Positions 1 through 10,076 of a stretch of 62,482 nucleotides of DNA are shown in pieces. Source of the DNA: a virus. Its lineage: Duplodnaviria > Caudoviricetes. The position numbers and the translations under genes are program-made. The first letter of the stretch is position 1; every line of letters begins with the position of its first letter. Under the pieces are notes generated by a model. It saw only the letters and a program-made list of their open reading frames with translations. It was not told the DNA's origin and searched no databases. The stretch covers positions 1 through 62,482 of the IMG/VR virus record IMGVR_UViG_3300044819_000092; one strand, given 5' to 3'.

Positions 1-127
1 GTCCTCGTCCGGCGCCCAGTACCGAGGCGAGCCCGGCCCCTGCCGCCCGGTGTTGACGTTGCGGATCCACGGGCCCGGTGGATCGCCCTCGCCGTCCCAG
101 GAGAGAAACCCGATCATCGCCTCGACG
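1..127. repeat. Terminal direct repeat (identical to 62356-62482); circular-assembly overlap
   Basis: First 127 nt equal the last 127 nt. A minus-strand gene (...YTDGWCYAKQDTVEAMIGFLSWDGEGDPPGPW...) reads across the junction. Confidence 0.9.
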
Positions 128-449
128 GTGTCCTGCTTGGCGTAGCACCACCCGTCGGTGTACCCGGTACGGTTGTCGAGCGGGGTCGCGATGACGAGCC
201 GGAGGTTGTAGCCCATCGGAAGGAGGTGCACCCGCAGGCCGGAGGGCAGGAGCCGGCAGGGCCAGTCTCCCTCCTTGCACCCCCTCGCGTCGCAGGTGGC
301 CGCGTGCTCGTCGCGGAGCGCGTCCCTCGGCCGCCGGACACCTATCACGTCGTTGAACCGCTCCAGGCTCGATTGGATTTCGCCCACGTCACCCTCCCGT
401 GGAACGGTTGTCGCACGGCCGGCTAGCCGCTGTCAACAATAGACGAACG

Positions 450-671
450 TCAGTTGAGGAGCGGGGCCCGTCCGTCCTTCAGCACCGGCCGTCCGAAGCA
501 GGCGGCGCAGATCCAGCGGCGGCACGAGAAGCACGTCCCTCCCATCTCGAGCTTCTCGGCCATGTCCTCGAGGCTCGTGGCGATCTCCTCGGTCACGCAG
601 TGGCTGCAGGCCATGCGCCGAGGGAAGAGGAGGAGGAGGATCGGCGGTGGCGCCCGCGGCTTGCGCGCCAT
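450..671 (-). CDS. Small Cys-rich hypothetical protein
   Basis: CxxC motifs (CSHC, CFSC, CAAC); abuts the upstream gene; start uncertain. Confidence 0.5.
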   Translation of the reverse strand: MARKPRAPPPILLLLFPRRMACSHCVTEEIATSLEDMAEKLEMGGTCFSCRRWICAACFGRPVLKDGRAPLLN

Positions 672-672
672 C

Positions 673-867
673 TCACTCCTCGCCCTTCTTCCTCGGCCGG
701 CTGGCGGCGGCGGCAGCGGCCAGGTGAGCGACGAGGGCCTCGGCCACGATCTCCCGCTCGGGCTTGCCGTCGTCCGCGCTGCGCTTCTCGAGCTCGACCT
801 TGACGTCCTTCGGGACCCAGACCGCGAGCTGGCGAAAGTTGTGGGCGTCGACGACCGGCTTGCTCAT
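673..867 (-). CDS. Ribbon-helix-helix-like DNA-binding protein
   Basis: RQLAVWVPKDVKVELEKRSADDGKPEREIVAEAL fits a strand-helix-helix pattern. Confidence 0.65.
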   Translation of the reverse strand: MSKPVVDAHNFRQLAVWVPKDVKVELEKRSADDGKPEREIVAEALVAHLAAAAAASRPRKKGEE

Positions 868-3072
868 CTACTGGCCCTTCACGACTCCGAGCCGTCCGCT
901 GAGGTTCGCCATGAGCCGGGTCCGATGGACGATGCGCGCGAGCTTGGCCGGATCCATCTTGTCCCGGTAGTAGGTGACGAGGCGTTTTTCCAGCTCCGCG
1001 AAGCTGGTGGCGCTCTTGATCTCCGCCTTGAGGCCGGAGATATCGGTGGCCAAGGCCCGAGCCCCGAGCGCGAGCGCGTTCTCTGTGAGCTTGTCAGGAT
1101 AGCGCTTCGATTTCTTGCCCCGGATGGCCCGGGTCCGAAGCTCCGCCACGCCGCGATCCGACAGCGCCATGATCGCATTGAAGGTGTCGTCGGCGTGAGC
1201 CCGGATCTTCCCGGTCCCGCCGCGCCGCTTGAGCTTGGCCTTGAATCGGTCGACCGGGACGACGGACATCCCGCCGAAGACCTTGGCGCCGGCGTCCGGG
1301 CGCTGGCCGAGGTAAGCCGACTTCGCCGCCTCGCCAGTCTTGAACCCGAGCATGACCTTGTCCTCGTCATGCTTCACGAACTCCGGCGCCTTCAGCTGGT
1401 GAACGACGTGGACGTTGGCGGCGTCCTCGCTCGGCCCTACGTAGCAGTCGAGCTCCTCGCCATCGCTGCCCACGTGGCCCTCCACGAACCCGTAGTCGTG
1501 GAGCATGAGCTGCTCTCCGGTCTTGGCTCCGGCGGCGTCGTGGAAGGTGCGGGTCGAGCCGCGCGGGTGTTCCACCGCGATGGGGAGCCCCTGGAACTTG
1601 TACTTCTTGACCACCGGCCTCGGGGTCTTGACCTCGATCTGCACGTCGGCGGCGCTCAAGGCCGCGGCGTCGTCCGCGGCTGCTGGCTCCCCGGTCCCCG
1701 GCGCCTTGCCCGCTGGCGCTCCCGCTGCACCACGGGCCGCCCCGCTCGCCTTCATCACCTCGAGCGCCGCCGCTTGCTTGGCCTCGGCCTCCTCGGCGGC
1801 CACGGCCTCGGCCGCTGCCTGCTCCTCTTCGGTGAGGAGGACGAGCCCGAACTCCTCGGCGGTTTCGCGGATGTTGACCGGGACCTTGGCCAGGGTGAGC
1901 GCGGCGATCCCATCGCCCACCCCCTTCAAGATCTCCGTCCTCTTGCTCTCGTCCTCGGGCGGCTCGACCCGGTAGATGGGCCGAGGGGCGAGGCTGGCAT
2001 CTCCGAAGTTGAAGCGCGCCCAGGGCTTCAAGACTTGCTCGTAGATGGCCGAGGCGAGGGCTGCATCCTCCTTGGCCTTGTCGAGCCGGACGAGGTTCTG
2101 GACCTTGGCGCCACCGTCCCCGAGCCCGCCGGGCTTCGCCTCGGTGGTCAGGTTCTGGCCGAGCAGGAGGACCGCGATGTCGACGTTCACGTCCGCCTTG
2201 CTGTCCTTGAAGGTCTCGTAGGTCTTCGCGGTCGCCTCGAGCAATTCGACGTCGTACTTGTTCCCGTCCTCGCCCTGCTGCAAGAGGATCGTCGGCTCGG
2301 AGCCCCGGTTGGCCACGCTCTGGAAGAAGTCATCGTTCGCGGTCCCCTGGCCTCCTTCACCCGGGACGATGGCCTTGGTGATGGGCAGGCCATGCACCTC
2401 GTTGTACCGGGGCCAGTCCCGGTTGATCCACATCCTTCGCATGTACATGGGGCCGAGCGAGCGGATGAGGCCCCCGAGCCACGCATACTGGTACCCGAAC
2501 GGGCACCAGACGAACCACTGCCCTTCGGGCTCGGGGTTGTCGTCGAGCCGGGGAAGGTCGACCTCGCCCTGGTCCGCGGTGGCGATCTTGTAGCCGGCCT
2601 TGCTCACGTCCCAGCGGACGAACTGGCTGTGCCAGAACTTCAGCCTCGGCCACCACATCTCGTCCTCGTACCACCAGACGATCTCGGCGACGCCCATGTT
2701 GAGGTGAAGCCCGGCGCGGAGGATGGCCGCCATGGTCCCCGGCTGGAACATCCTGTCCCACTTGCCCGGGGCGTCCTCGGTGCCGCCGAGCATGTCGGCG
2801 TACTTGCCCGACTTGGCTCTGTCGTCGGCCGGCTTCACGTCGAGGTTCGCGGCGAGCAGGGCGCCTACTCGGGTGGCGGTGACGGCGGAGATCCGATCGT
2901 CCCTCCCGGTGGCGTCCGACAGGAGGGCCGCCCGGTTGAACACCCCCTGCTCGAGCTGCAGCAACGTGGCGTTGACGGAGTAGACCGTGTCGAACCCGCT
3001 GAAGCTCTGGATCGGCAGGGTCTTGAACGGATTTCCGGGCGGTCGCTCCACGTCCAGATACTGACGGGACAC
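868..3072 (-). CDS. Mu gp29/DUF935-like portal protein with an inserted inorganic pyrophosphatase-like domain
   Basis: Follows the terminase. Portal motifs DWPRYNEVHGLP and LLGQNLTTE; insert DYGFVEGHVGSDGEELDCYVG...DEDKVMLGF. GTG start at 3072 chosen. Confidence 0.85.
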   Translation of the reverse strand: MSRQYLDVERPPGNPFKTLPIQSFSGFDTVYSVNATLLQLEQGVFNRAALLSDATGRDDRISAVTATRVGALLAANLDVKPADDRAKSGKYADMLGGTEDAPGKWDRMFQPGTMAAILRAGLHLNMGVAEIVWWYEDEMWWPRLKFWHSQFVRWDVSKAGYKIATADQGEVDLPRLDDNPEPEGQWFVWCPFGYQYAWLGGLIRSLGPMYMRRMWINRDWPRYNEVHGLPITKAIVPGEGGQGTANDDFFQSVANRGSEPTILLQQGEDGNKYDVELLEATAKTYETFKDSKADVNVDIAVLLLGQNLTTEAKPGGLGDGGAKVQNLVRLDKAKEDAALASAIYEQVLKPWARFNFGDASLAPRPIYRVEPPEDESKRTEILKGVGDGIAALTLAKVPVNIRETAEEFGLVLLTEEEQAAAEAVAAEEAEAKQAAALEVMKASGAARGAAGAPAGKAPGTGEPAAADDAAALSAADVQIEVKTPRPVVKKYKFQGLPIAVEHPRGSTRTFHDAAGAKTGEQLMLHDYGFVEGHVGSDGEELDCYVGPSEDAANVHVVHQLKAPEFVKHDEDKVMLGFKTGEAAKSAYLGQRPDAGAKVFGGMSVVPVDRFKAKLKRRGGTGKIRAHADDTFNAIMALSDRGVAELRTRAIRGKKSKRYPDKLTENALALGARALATDISGLKAEIKSATSFAELEKRLVTYYRDKMDPAKLARIVHRTRLMANLSGRLGVVKGQ

Positions 3073-3238
3073 CCGCCTTGGCTCAAATCCTCGGCCCGGG
3101 CGGAGCCGGGGCGCAGGTGTGGCGCGCGCGAGCAGGCGGGACCGCATGGGAGGCCCGTGGCGCTGCAGGCACCGGGCCCGAAGGTGTCCGGCCCCGGGAC
3201 GGGTGGCGCGGGCCCCGGAGGCCCGGGGGGGGGGCAAT

Positions 3239-4792
3239 TCAGATGCGCCGCGGCGGCACGGGGATCTTGGGTTTCGAGTACGAGACCCGGGCCGGCTCGA
3301 GCATCAGCTCGGAGGCGGCGTAGACGAGCCCGTCGAGCCGGTTCGGGCTGGCGGCGGTGGAGTCGAGGGGATCCCACGAGGTCAGCTCGTCCTCGAGCTT
3401 GGCGAAGGTCCCGACGTGGTGGCACTTGCTCTGCTCGTACAGGCCCGCGATGGGCTCGGCCCGGATGAGCTTGCCGCCCTTGGCGTGGACCCCGACGTAA
3501 GGCAGGCTGGCCCCTCCATCGGTGGCGCGGAGGTTCGACTCGACGAGCGCCCCGCCATTGTTGATCTCGGCAATGATCTTGTTGGCCCTCCACTCGTGGA
3601 AGAGCCGGACGAGGATCGAGCCCCACTCGGATGGAGCGTAGACCCCGGACAGATCCTCGAGCAGGAACCCATGGGTCTGGGGCAGGCCCCGGCAGGTGCA
3701 GGAGCCGACGCCGAAGACGACGATCCCGGTCTCGTCGCTCTTCTCGTTGTTCGAGACGGCCGGATCGACGCCAATCATGATCCGGGTGAGGTCGATGCCG
3801 TTGGCCAGGAGGATGGCCTTGGTCTTCATCATGCGGCCCGGGATGGCCGCCATGAGCCGGCGGAAGTCCGGCAGCTCGGCCTCGGACCACCCTGGGTCGG
3901 GGGGCAGGATCTGGCCGGGCTTGGGGCGGAGGCGGAGCCGGTCGAGCTCGCTCATCTTCCACAAGGCGTTCGGGTTGTCGTCGAGCACCTCGCCGCCGAG
4001 CTCCTGGCGCCCGAGCCGGGTCCCGCCGTACCGGGCATACAGCTTGGACAGGGCCTTGCTCGACAGGTTCTTCGCGTTGTCGCTGGTGTGCCCCTTCGTG
4101 GTGATGGTCCCCGGGGCCGCGAGGATGTCCTTCACGATCTGGGTCGGGCGAGGTGTCGCGGTGATCATCGCTCGGGGGTTCGGCCCGAGCCGGAGCCCGA
4201 ACTGCAGGTTGTCCCAGGCGTCCTCGGCGTACTTCCACGCCGGCAGCTCGTCCAGCCACCCGAAGATCCCCTGGGGACCGCGGAGCCGGTCGGGCTCCTC
4301 GGCCGAGAACAGCATGGCGTGAACCCCGTTCGGCCAGGTGATGCGCCGGTGAGACGGCTCGTATCTCGCAGGGAACCAGGGCGGCGAGCAGCGGAGGAGC
4401 CCGGCGGGGCCGGTCACCATCACGTCTCTGACGTCGGCCGCGGTCGCCCCGACGACGTAGATCATGGCCTCCTCCTTGGCGAGCTTGCCCGCCCGGACGA
4501 GCCCCGCGGCCTCCTCGGCCACCATCTGCGTGTTCTGGGCCCCGCACCTCGTCTTTCCCCACCCGCGGCCCGCCCGGATGAACCAGGTGTCCCAGTCCCC
4601 CTGGGGGAGCCGCTGCTCGGGCCTGGCGTTCAACTCCTCCCAGATGAAGTCGGCGAGCTCGAGCGCAGTCGCCTCCTCGAACTTCCGAGGTAGGCTCTCC
4701 ACGTACTCCGAGAGCCGGGTCTCCTCGAGCAGCCGCTTCACCTTCTTCGGCCCGAGGAGCCGGATCGAGCGATCGAGCATGGACTCGGACAT
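3239..4792 (-). CDS. terL: Terminase large subunit
   Basis: Walker A AGRGWGKT, Walker B WLDE, nuclease motifs IGVDPA and SPNRLDGL. Confidence 0.95.
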   Translation of the reverse strand: MSESMLDRSIRLLGPKKVKRLLEETRLSEYVESLPRKFEEATALELADFIWEELNARPEQRLPQGDWDTWFIRAGRGWGKTRCGAQNTQMVAEEAAGLVRAGKLAKEEAMIYVVGATAADVRDVMVTGPAGLLRCSPPWFPARYEPSHRRITWPNGVHAMLFSAEEPDRLRGPQGIFGWLDELPAWKYAEDAWDNLQFGLRLGPNPRAMITATPRPTQIVKDILAAPGTITTKGHTSDNAKNLSSKALSKLYARYGGTRLGRQELGGEVLDDNPNALWKMSELDRLRLRPKPGQILPPDPGWSEAELPDFRRLMAAIPGRMMKTKAILLANGIDLTRIMIGVDPAVSNNEKSDETGIVVFGVGSCTCRGLPQTHGFLLEDLSGVYAPSEWGSILVRLFHEWRANKIIAEINNGGALVESNLRATDGGASLPYVGVHAKGGKLIRAEPIAGLYEQSKCHHVGTFAKLEDELTSWDPLDSTAASPNRLDGLVYAASELMLEPARVSYSKPKIPVPPRRI

Positions 4793-4798
4793 CGGAGA

Positions 4799-5269
4799 TC
4801 AGGCGGTCCCGGATTCCTCGATGGCTGCTGGCTCCTCGCCCTTGCCCTTGGCCTCCTCCACCTCGATGGCCGTCTCGAGCTTGTTCCGGATGGCCCCCCT
4901 GAAGCTCCCCGGAAGGCCCTCCAGGCCTCCAAGCTCGAGGTGGTCCCGCCGGCCCCACCGCTCTGGGCTCTTGCGCTCGAGGCGCCAGGCGGCGGCCTGC
5001 CACTGGCCAGCGAGGGCCGCCTTGGTGATGGAGCCGAGCGCGGTGATCTCCGCCTTCTGCTCGGCCACCCAGTACCCCTCGGCGAAGGCCTGGAGCTCGG
5101 GGGTCTGCTTCCTCGCCCCGCGCCGGAGCCAGTCGAGCAAGGTCACCTTCGAGATGCCGGCCGCCGCCGCCGCAACCTCGAGGTAAGAGCCGACCGAGAT
5201 GTTGTAGAGGATGCGATCGGCAACGACCTTGTCGAACTTGTACAGCTTCCTATTTGGGTTCCTTGGCAT
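4799..5269 (-). CDS. Putative terminase small subunit (HTH)
   Basis: AAAAAGISKVTLLDWLRRG HTH, WQAAAWRLERK motif, directly upstream of terL. Confidence 0.75.
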   Translation of the reverse strand: MPRNPNRKLYKFDKVVADRILYNISVGSYLEVAAAAAGISKVTLLDWLRRGARKQTPELQAFAEGYWVAEQKAEITALGSITKAALAGQWQAAAWRLERKSPERWGRRDHLELGGLEGLPGSFRGAIRNKLETAIEVEEAKGKGEEPAAIEESGTA

Positions 5270-5921
5270 CGGGTATATGGCCTGCGTTCAGTTTCAGTTT
5301 TTGCTGCGCCGCTTCCTCGGCCCGTCTCTGCTCGCGGAGAGGCGCGTTCGCATCCAAAGCCTCCTTCGTGACGAGGTGGTCGAAGAGCCCCGGCCGGAGC
5401 GGTTTGAGGGCCGCCTGCTCGTCCGCCATGAAGCTTTCACGGGTTTTCCCTGCCTTCTTGCCCCGTGCCGAATGGTAATCGTACGCTTCCCACGGAACCT
5501 CGAGCCGGGGGGCGTCCGCTGCCTCGGCCGCGGCGATGTCGGCCGCGATCTCCTCGTCGGTGATCCCCATCCCGTCCATGAGGACCGCGTTGATGAGGTT
5601 GTCGACGTCCCTGCTCTTCTCGGCGAGCGCCAGGAGATACGCCGCCTTGCAGACGAAGAGCTGGCCTCCACCCGCGCCCCGCTGGTACCCGTTGATGACG
5701 AGGTAGGCATCGTTGAGCGCCATCACCTCCTTGGTGATGATCCCGAAGCAGTCCTCGGCCGAGATGATGAGGAGCCGGCGCCAGACGTAGCGGTCGAACC
5801 CGCCGCGCCAGATCTCGCAGGCCCAGTACCCTGCCATCTTGGCGTCGCCCCGGCGGATGGCCTTCTGCATGGCCGAGATGCACTCGTAGAGCATGTACTT
5901 CTTCGGCGTCATGAGTTGCAT
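5250..5921 (-). CDS. RarA/MgsA C-terminal-like protein lacking the ATPase domain
   Basis: ISAMQKAIRRGD...VWRRLLIISAEDC motif; GAGGAG RBS before the ATG at 5921. Confidence 0.75.
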   Translation of the reverse strand: MQLMTPKKYMLYECISAMQKAIRRGDAKMAGYWACEIWRGGFDRYVWRRLLIISAEDCFGIITKEVMALNDAYLVINGYQRGAGGGQLFVCKAAYLLALAEKSRDVDNLINAVLMDGMGITDEEIAADIAAAEAADAPRLEVPWEAYDYHSARGKKAGKTRESFMADEQAALKPLRPGLFDHLVTKEALDANAPLREQRRAEEAAQQKLKLNAGHIPDAKEPK

Positions 5922-6036
5922 CGGGATCTCCTCGGGACACGGGACAAGGTGGTGGTCATCCTCTGAACATGAAGCCCTCGAAACTTGAGTACAAACCATT
6001 AGTTAGGCTATTTTGCGGGCCTTCTTTCGCGCTCCA

Positions 6037-6792
6037 TCAGCCCTTGGCCCAGTCGTGCTTGCGGGGGATGACGACGGAGCAGGCGACCCCGGGCCTGTCC
6101 TCCTTGAACCGGACGAAGTCGCCCCACTTCTGCCGGAGGAGCGCCTTGTCCTTGTCGCACCGCTCTTTGGACCGGACCGACTGGAGCCCGCCCGTGCCGC
6201 CCGCGATCTTGCCGAAGTTCCAGTAGAACCGTTTGTCCTGGAAGACGATGCGCCGCTCGAGCAGCTCCCGCATCACGACATCGCAGTCCTCCGCGATGAC
6301 GAGCCGGTCGTCCCACCTCGCGAGCTTGCCGATGGTCCCGACTGCTCCCCCGAACGGGCCCCGGACCCCGAGCGGATCATGGTCCTTGTACGTGAGCGAC
6401 CACGCTTGCACGCCCCACCCGAAGAGCGAGACGCCCATGTCGCTCGCCACGAGGGCGGTGGAGTAGATGAGATCGCCGAGGAGCTCGGGCCGGCGGATGG
6501 TCCGCATCCGGAGGCCAGGCCGAGCGAGCACGCTTTCGAAGTCGTCATCGACCTGGAGGCAAACCAGGGTCTTGCAGTCGTCATGCAGGAAGTTTCGGAT
6601 CCTCCCCATCCCCTCGAGGTTCGGGTGGGTCCGCAGGGCGTCGGGGGGGATCCCGGCGTCGAGGTAGGCCTGCTTCTCCCGCTCGGCCACGTAGACGATG
6701 GCGTCCGGCAGGAACTTGGTCTTCGTCCGGAGCGCCTTGTCGGGACGCCCAGAGGACGGGACGTGGACCGAGATGTCACTTCGCTTGAGCAC
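6037..6792 (-). CDS. GT-A glycosyltransferase (TET-associated/GREB1-like), putative DNA modification enzyme
   Basis: VPSSGRP, GRIRN, QVDDD, EDCD and GGTGGLQ...KWG motifs. Confidence 0.7.
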   Translation of the reverse strand: MLKRSDISVHVPSSGRPDKALRTKTKFLPDAIVYVAEREKQAYLDAGIPPDALRTHPNLEGMGRIRNFLHDDCKTLVCLQVDDDFESVLARPGLRMRTIRRPELLGDLIYSTALVASDMGVSLFGWGVQAWSLTYKDHDPLGVRGPFGGAVGTIGKLARWDDRLVIAEDCDVVMRELLERRIVFQDKRFYWNFGKIAGGTGGLQSVRSKERCDKDKALLRQKWGDFVRFKEDRPGVACSVVIPRKHDWAKG

Positions 6793-7483
6793 GCAGCATC
6801 CCGAGGAGCTTGCCGGCGTCGATGCACCGGCCGACTCCAATCTTGCGGACCGCGGGGACCGGCGAGGAGTCGACCATCTCGAGATCGAGCAAGCTGCAGA
6901 GCGCCTGCCAATCCATCGTGTTCCTCGCGAGGACCATCACATAGTCGTAGTGCTCGTAAGGGCGGAGCAGCATGTCCACGGGGCCGATGTCGCCATCCTT
7001 GTCCCCCTTCGGCCCCAGTTCGTCCCCGAGTTTCTCGCGCCCGTGCCCGGTCAGCTCGAGGAGCATGACCTTCAGCTCGGCCTCCTGGACCTCGATCTCG
7101 TTGACCACCTGCTGCACGTGTTGGCTGTCGATGGCGGCGAGATCCCCGAGCGGATCGTAGAGCGCCACGAGCTTCCTCGCCTCAGACTCGGTGACGTCGA
7201 GGACGAGCGTCGGGATCATCTGGCCCTTGCCCTCCTCGGTCCGCAGGTGCCCATCGATGAGCTCGAGCGAGCCGTCGGGCAGCTCCCTCGCGAGCGCGGC
7301 CCCGGCGTACCCCACCTCTTTCAAGATGGCCCGGAGGGCCCCGCGCTGCCCGTCGGGGTGGAGCCGGAAGTTATCCGGCGAGGGCTTCAGCTGTTCGGCC
7401 GGCACCCTCCGGAACTCCTTGATGCGGTCCCGGATTTCCCCGAGCGGCATCCCCACCGTCGGCTTCTTGCTCGCCTTCTTCAT
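6776..7483 (-). CDS. ParB/Srx N-terminal domain protein
   Basis: LKPSPDNFRLHP...ELIDGHLR. Confidence 0.8.
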   Translation of the reverse strand: MKKASKKPTVGMPLGEIRDRIKEFRRVPAEQLKPSPDNFRLHPDGQRGALRAILKEVGYAGAALARELPDGSLELIDGHLRTEEGKGQMIPTLVLDVTESEARKLVALYDPLGDLAAIDSQHVQQVVNEIEVQEAELKVMLLELTGHGREKLGDELGPKGDKDGDIGPVDMLLRPYEHYDYVMVLARNTMDWQALCSLLDLEMVDSSPVPAVRKIGVGRCIDAGKLLGMLRAQAK

Positions 7484-7528
7484 CGGACTTCAGGCTAGCC
7501 GCTCGGGAAGGGGCCCTCAAAATCCCGG

Positions 7529-7957
7529 CTAGCCGGCGACGACCGAGGCGTCCGGGACCCCAAGCTCGGCGAGCCGCTGCTGGTCCTCGATGTTCTTCAT
7601 CCACATGTTGCAGAACTCGACGAGGTCGGCCTGGCCCCGCTCGGCGCCGGTCCATCTCCAGGTGCCGCCACCCTCGACGACCTCAACGTACCGCTTGTAC
7701 GGTGCCGCGAACTGGTCGATGGCGGTCGGGAAGACGTCGCCCGAGGGGCTCACGTAGAACTCGACGTCCGGATCGGGGCACAGATCTCCATTCTGCTCGA
7801 ACCGATGCGCGACGGCGAAGAGCCCCTGGGCCAGGCAATCAATCGCCACCCGCATGAAGGTGCCCTTGGCGTTGTCGACGTACCGGGCCGCGCCCGGCTC
7901 GAGGCCCCGGACGAGGGTCTTGAAGATTTTCGTAGCTCGGCCATTCAGACTCTTCAC
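7529..7957 (-). CDS. Conserved hypothetical protein (DUF6908-like)
   Basis: AVAHRFEQNGDLCPDPDVEF motif. Confidence 0.65.
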   Translation of the reverse strand: MKSLNGRATKIFKTLVRGLEPGAARYVDNAKGTFMRVAIDCLAQGLFAVAHRFEQNGDLCPDPDVEFYVSPSGDVFPTAIDQFAAPYKRYVEVVEGGGTWRWTGAERGQADLVEFCNMWMKNIEDQQRLAELGVPDASVVAG

Positions 7958-8268
7958 GCTGCACGCTCCTTGACACCAATCTCTTTTTGAACGGCCGCCG
8001 AGCGGAATGCCCGGCGCGCCTCGGCCACAGTCCTGTAGAGCTTCACTTCCTTGTAGCGGCGCCCCGGACCCTCGGCGATCTCGTTGGTCCCGAGGATGCG
8101 CCCGTCGGGCATCACGTAGATGCGCAGGCAAGCGCCCTTCTCGGTCGGGGTCTTGTAAAGGGCCCCGACGAAGTAGTCCCCCTGCCAGGGCTGGCGCAGA
8201 TCGGCCGGGAGCCGGAAGACGCCGAACCGCAGGCGGTCCCACCACGTCGAGTCGCTCGCTGTTTTCAT
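7954..8268 (-). CDS. Hypothetical cassette protein (MKTAS...)
   Basis: ATG lies within a degenerate copy of the cassette promoter repeat. Confidence 0.65.
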   Translation of the reverse strand: MKTASDSTWWDRLRFGVFRLPADLRQPWQGDYFVGALYKTPTEKGACLRIYVMPDGRILGTNEIAEGPGRRYKEVKLYRTVAEARRAFRSAAVQKEIGVKERAA

Positions 8269-8344
8269 GCTCACACACTCAGCTGCAAGGCTGCTTGCCT
8301 CCAGCCAAATCCCCATGGAGCTGGTCCATGGGGACGCGGTCGGT

Positions 8345-9079
8345 CTAGGCCCGGCGGAGCTGCTTGGCGCCGGCCCCGAGGGCGGGCCCGGTCCCGAGGT
8401 GGATATCGCGGGCCGCGGTGGCGCCGGCCTGGTAGGCGTCCCGACGGGTGACCTTGACGTTCGCCTTGCTCGACGTGACGCGGCTCCACTGGCTCTTCAC
8501 GTAGGCTGCGAGGTCCGCGTCCCCGCTCTTGATGATCGCGAGCGCAGTCCCGGTGACGGTCCCCGCCTCCTGCTTCATCCGCTGCTCCTTCATCCGGCGC
8601 TGAAGCTCGGCGACGGCCCCGAACCGGAAGCTGTTCCGGAAGAGCCCGCCCATGTTCTTGCCGTCGATGTCGCACAGACGGTCGATCTCGTTCTTCAGGT
8701 ACGAGAACATGTAGGCCACGGTCTGCGTGTCGGACGGCTTGCCGATGACGCACATCCGGCTCACGAGCTTGCCGTCCACGACCACCTTGGTCGTCACGAG
8801 GCGGCAGTAGAACCCGTAGGCGATGGCGTTCATGAGCTGACTCTGCCAGGCAACGAGGCCCTTGCCCTTGCCGTCGACGTTGAGCTGTCCGACCCGCTCC
8901 GGGGCGGTGCCGGTCGAGGCCTCGAGGTCGATCATCGAGATCTTGTGCTCGAAGAGGAGCGCCTGGGCGCGGGCCGCCGCGGTGGCTGCTTCGTTGACGT
9001 TGGTGGAGGCGTGGTTCGCGAGCGCCATGAGCTTCTGAATCTTGGCGATGATGGGGTTCGTCTCGGTGGTCATTTTCAT
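8345..9079 (-). CDS. DUF2786-domain protein
   Basis: IIAKIQKLMALA...NEAATAAARAQALLFEHKI. Confidence 0.8.
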   Translation of the reverse strand: MKMTTETNPIIAKIQKLMALANHASTNVNEAATAAARAQALLFEHKISMIDLEASTGTAPERVGQLNVDGKGKGLVAWQSQLMNAIAYGFYCRLVTTKVVVDGKLVSRMCVIGKPSDTQTVAYMFSYLKNEIDRLCDIDGKNMGGLFRNSFRFGAVAELQRRMKEQRMKQEAGTVTGTALAIIKSGDADLAAYVKSQWSRVTSSKANVKVTRRDAYQAGATAARDIHLGTGPALGAGAKQLRRA

Positions 9080-9357
9080 GGGCCTTTCGGGAAGGAGGAG
9101 GAGGAGGGGAGGAGCCGGGAAGCTCGATTCGTAATTCACACTCTTCAGTCCAAGATTTCTGCACGCCAGGCTGGATTCCGGTGAGCTGTTCTTCCCTGAC
9201 GCCCAGGGAAAAGAGGGCCGAGGACGAGCCCCAGGGCGGCGCTCGCGTTCGGGCGCTCCTCGTGTTCCTGCAGGCCCGGCGGCAAGAGCCGCGCGTGGCG
9301 CTGCAGGCACGGGCTCGGGGGATGCGGGCCCCCGGAGGGGGAGCCCGGCCCGGGGGT

Positions 9358-9567
9358 TTAGACGTCCTCGATCCGCCCGACGAGCGCGAGCGCGCATTTT
9401 TTGCAAACGTGCCATTTTGTCGTGCGGCGGTTTTCGTCGAAGTCGACGACCGTCGTTGACGCGAGGGCCCAAGGGTGCGACCCGCCGTCGGATGCGTCGC
9501 AAATTTTGGCCCCGGCGGGGATGGCGGAGAAGGTCGGGAAGGTGGAGGAGGTCGACTCGGTTTTCAT
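9358..9567 (-). CDS. Small hypothetical cassette protein (MKTES...)
   Basis: Starts at the repeat B ATG. Confidence 0.7.
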   Translation of the reverse strand: MKTESTSSTFPTFSAIPAGAKICDASDGGSHPWALASTTVVDFDENRRTTKWHVCKKCALALVGRIEDV

Positions 9568-9688
9568 ACTTCACACTCTTCAGCCCACGGAAACTGCACG
9601 CCACCCTCGATTCGGGTGAGCTGTTCTTCCCTGACGCCCAGACCCGCCCGAGCCCCCGAAGGGGGAGCCCGAGCCGGGGCCCGGGGCC

Positions 9689-10000
9689 TCAGCCCTGGTG
9701 CCCGTGCCCGCCGTCGCAGATCCCTTCCCAGATCTGGCCCAGCTCGCGGCGCACGGTCTTCAGCATCTTGACCCGCCCGTGGTGCTGCTCGAGGGCCGCC
9801 TGGAAGTCCATCACGTGCCGAGGGTAGTAGTCGCGCGCGTGCGGGGCGGCGGCGTTGAGCGCGTCGAGCGCCAGGCTCAGGGCCCGGTCGGCCGCTTCAA
9901 TCTGGGACTCGAGCTCCTGCTTGCTCGTCCCGTTCATGTGGATCGTCGGGAGCTGGAGGGCGGGGGCGGCTTCGGGCTTTCGGTCGAGGTCGGTTTTCAT
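9689..10000 (-). CDS. Hypothetical cassette protein
   Basis: Starts at the repeat B ATG; LPTIHMNGTS...APHARDYYP. Confidence 0.75.
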   Translation of the reverse strand: MKTDLDRKPEAAPALQLPTIHMNGTSKQELESQIEAADRALSLALDALNAAAPHARDYYPRHVMDFQAALEQHHGRVKMLKTVRRELGQIWEGICDGGHGHQG

Positions 10001-10076
10001 ACTTCTCACTCTTCAGGCCACCGGATCTGCACGCCAGGCTGGATCCCGGTGGCCCTGTTCTTCCCTGACGCGGGGA

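Noticed and set aside
1-127. Biological terminal repeat
   Set aside because: The length of 127 equals a common assembler k-mer, and the repeat lies inside a gene.
454-3468. Long plus-strand ORFs (e.g. 454-3468, 15388-17343, 40178-42436, 52542-55715)
   Set aside because: Antisense shadows of well-supported minus-strand genes in high-GC DNA.
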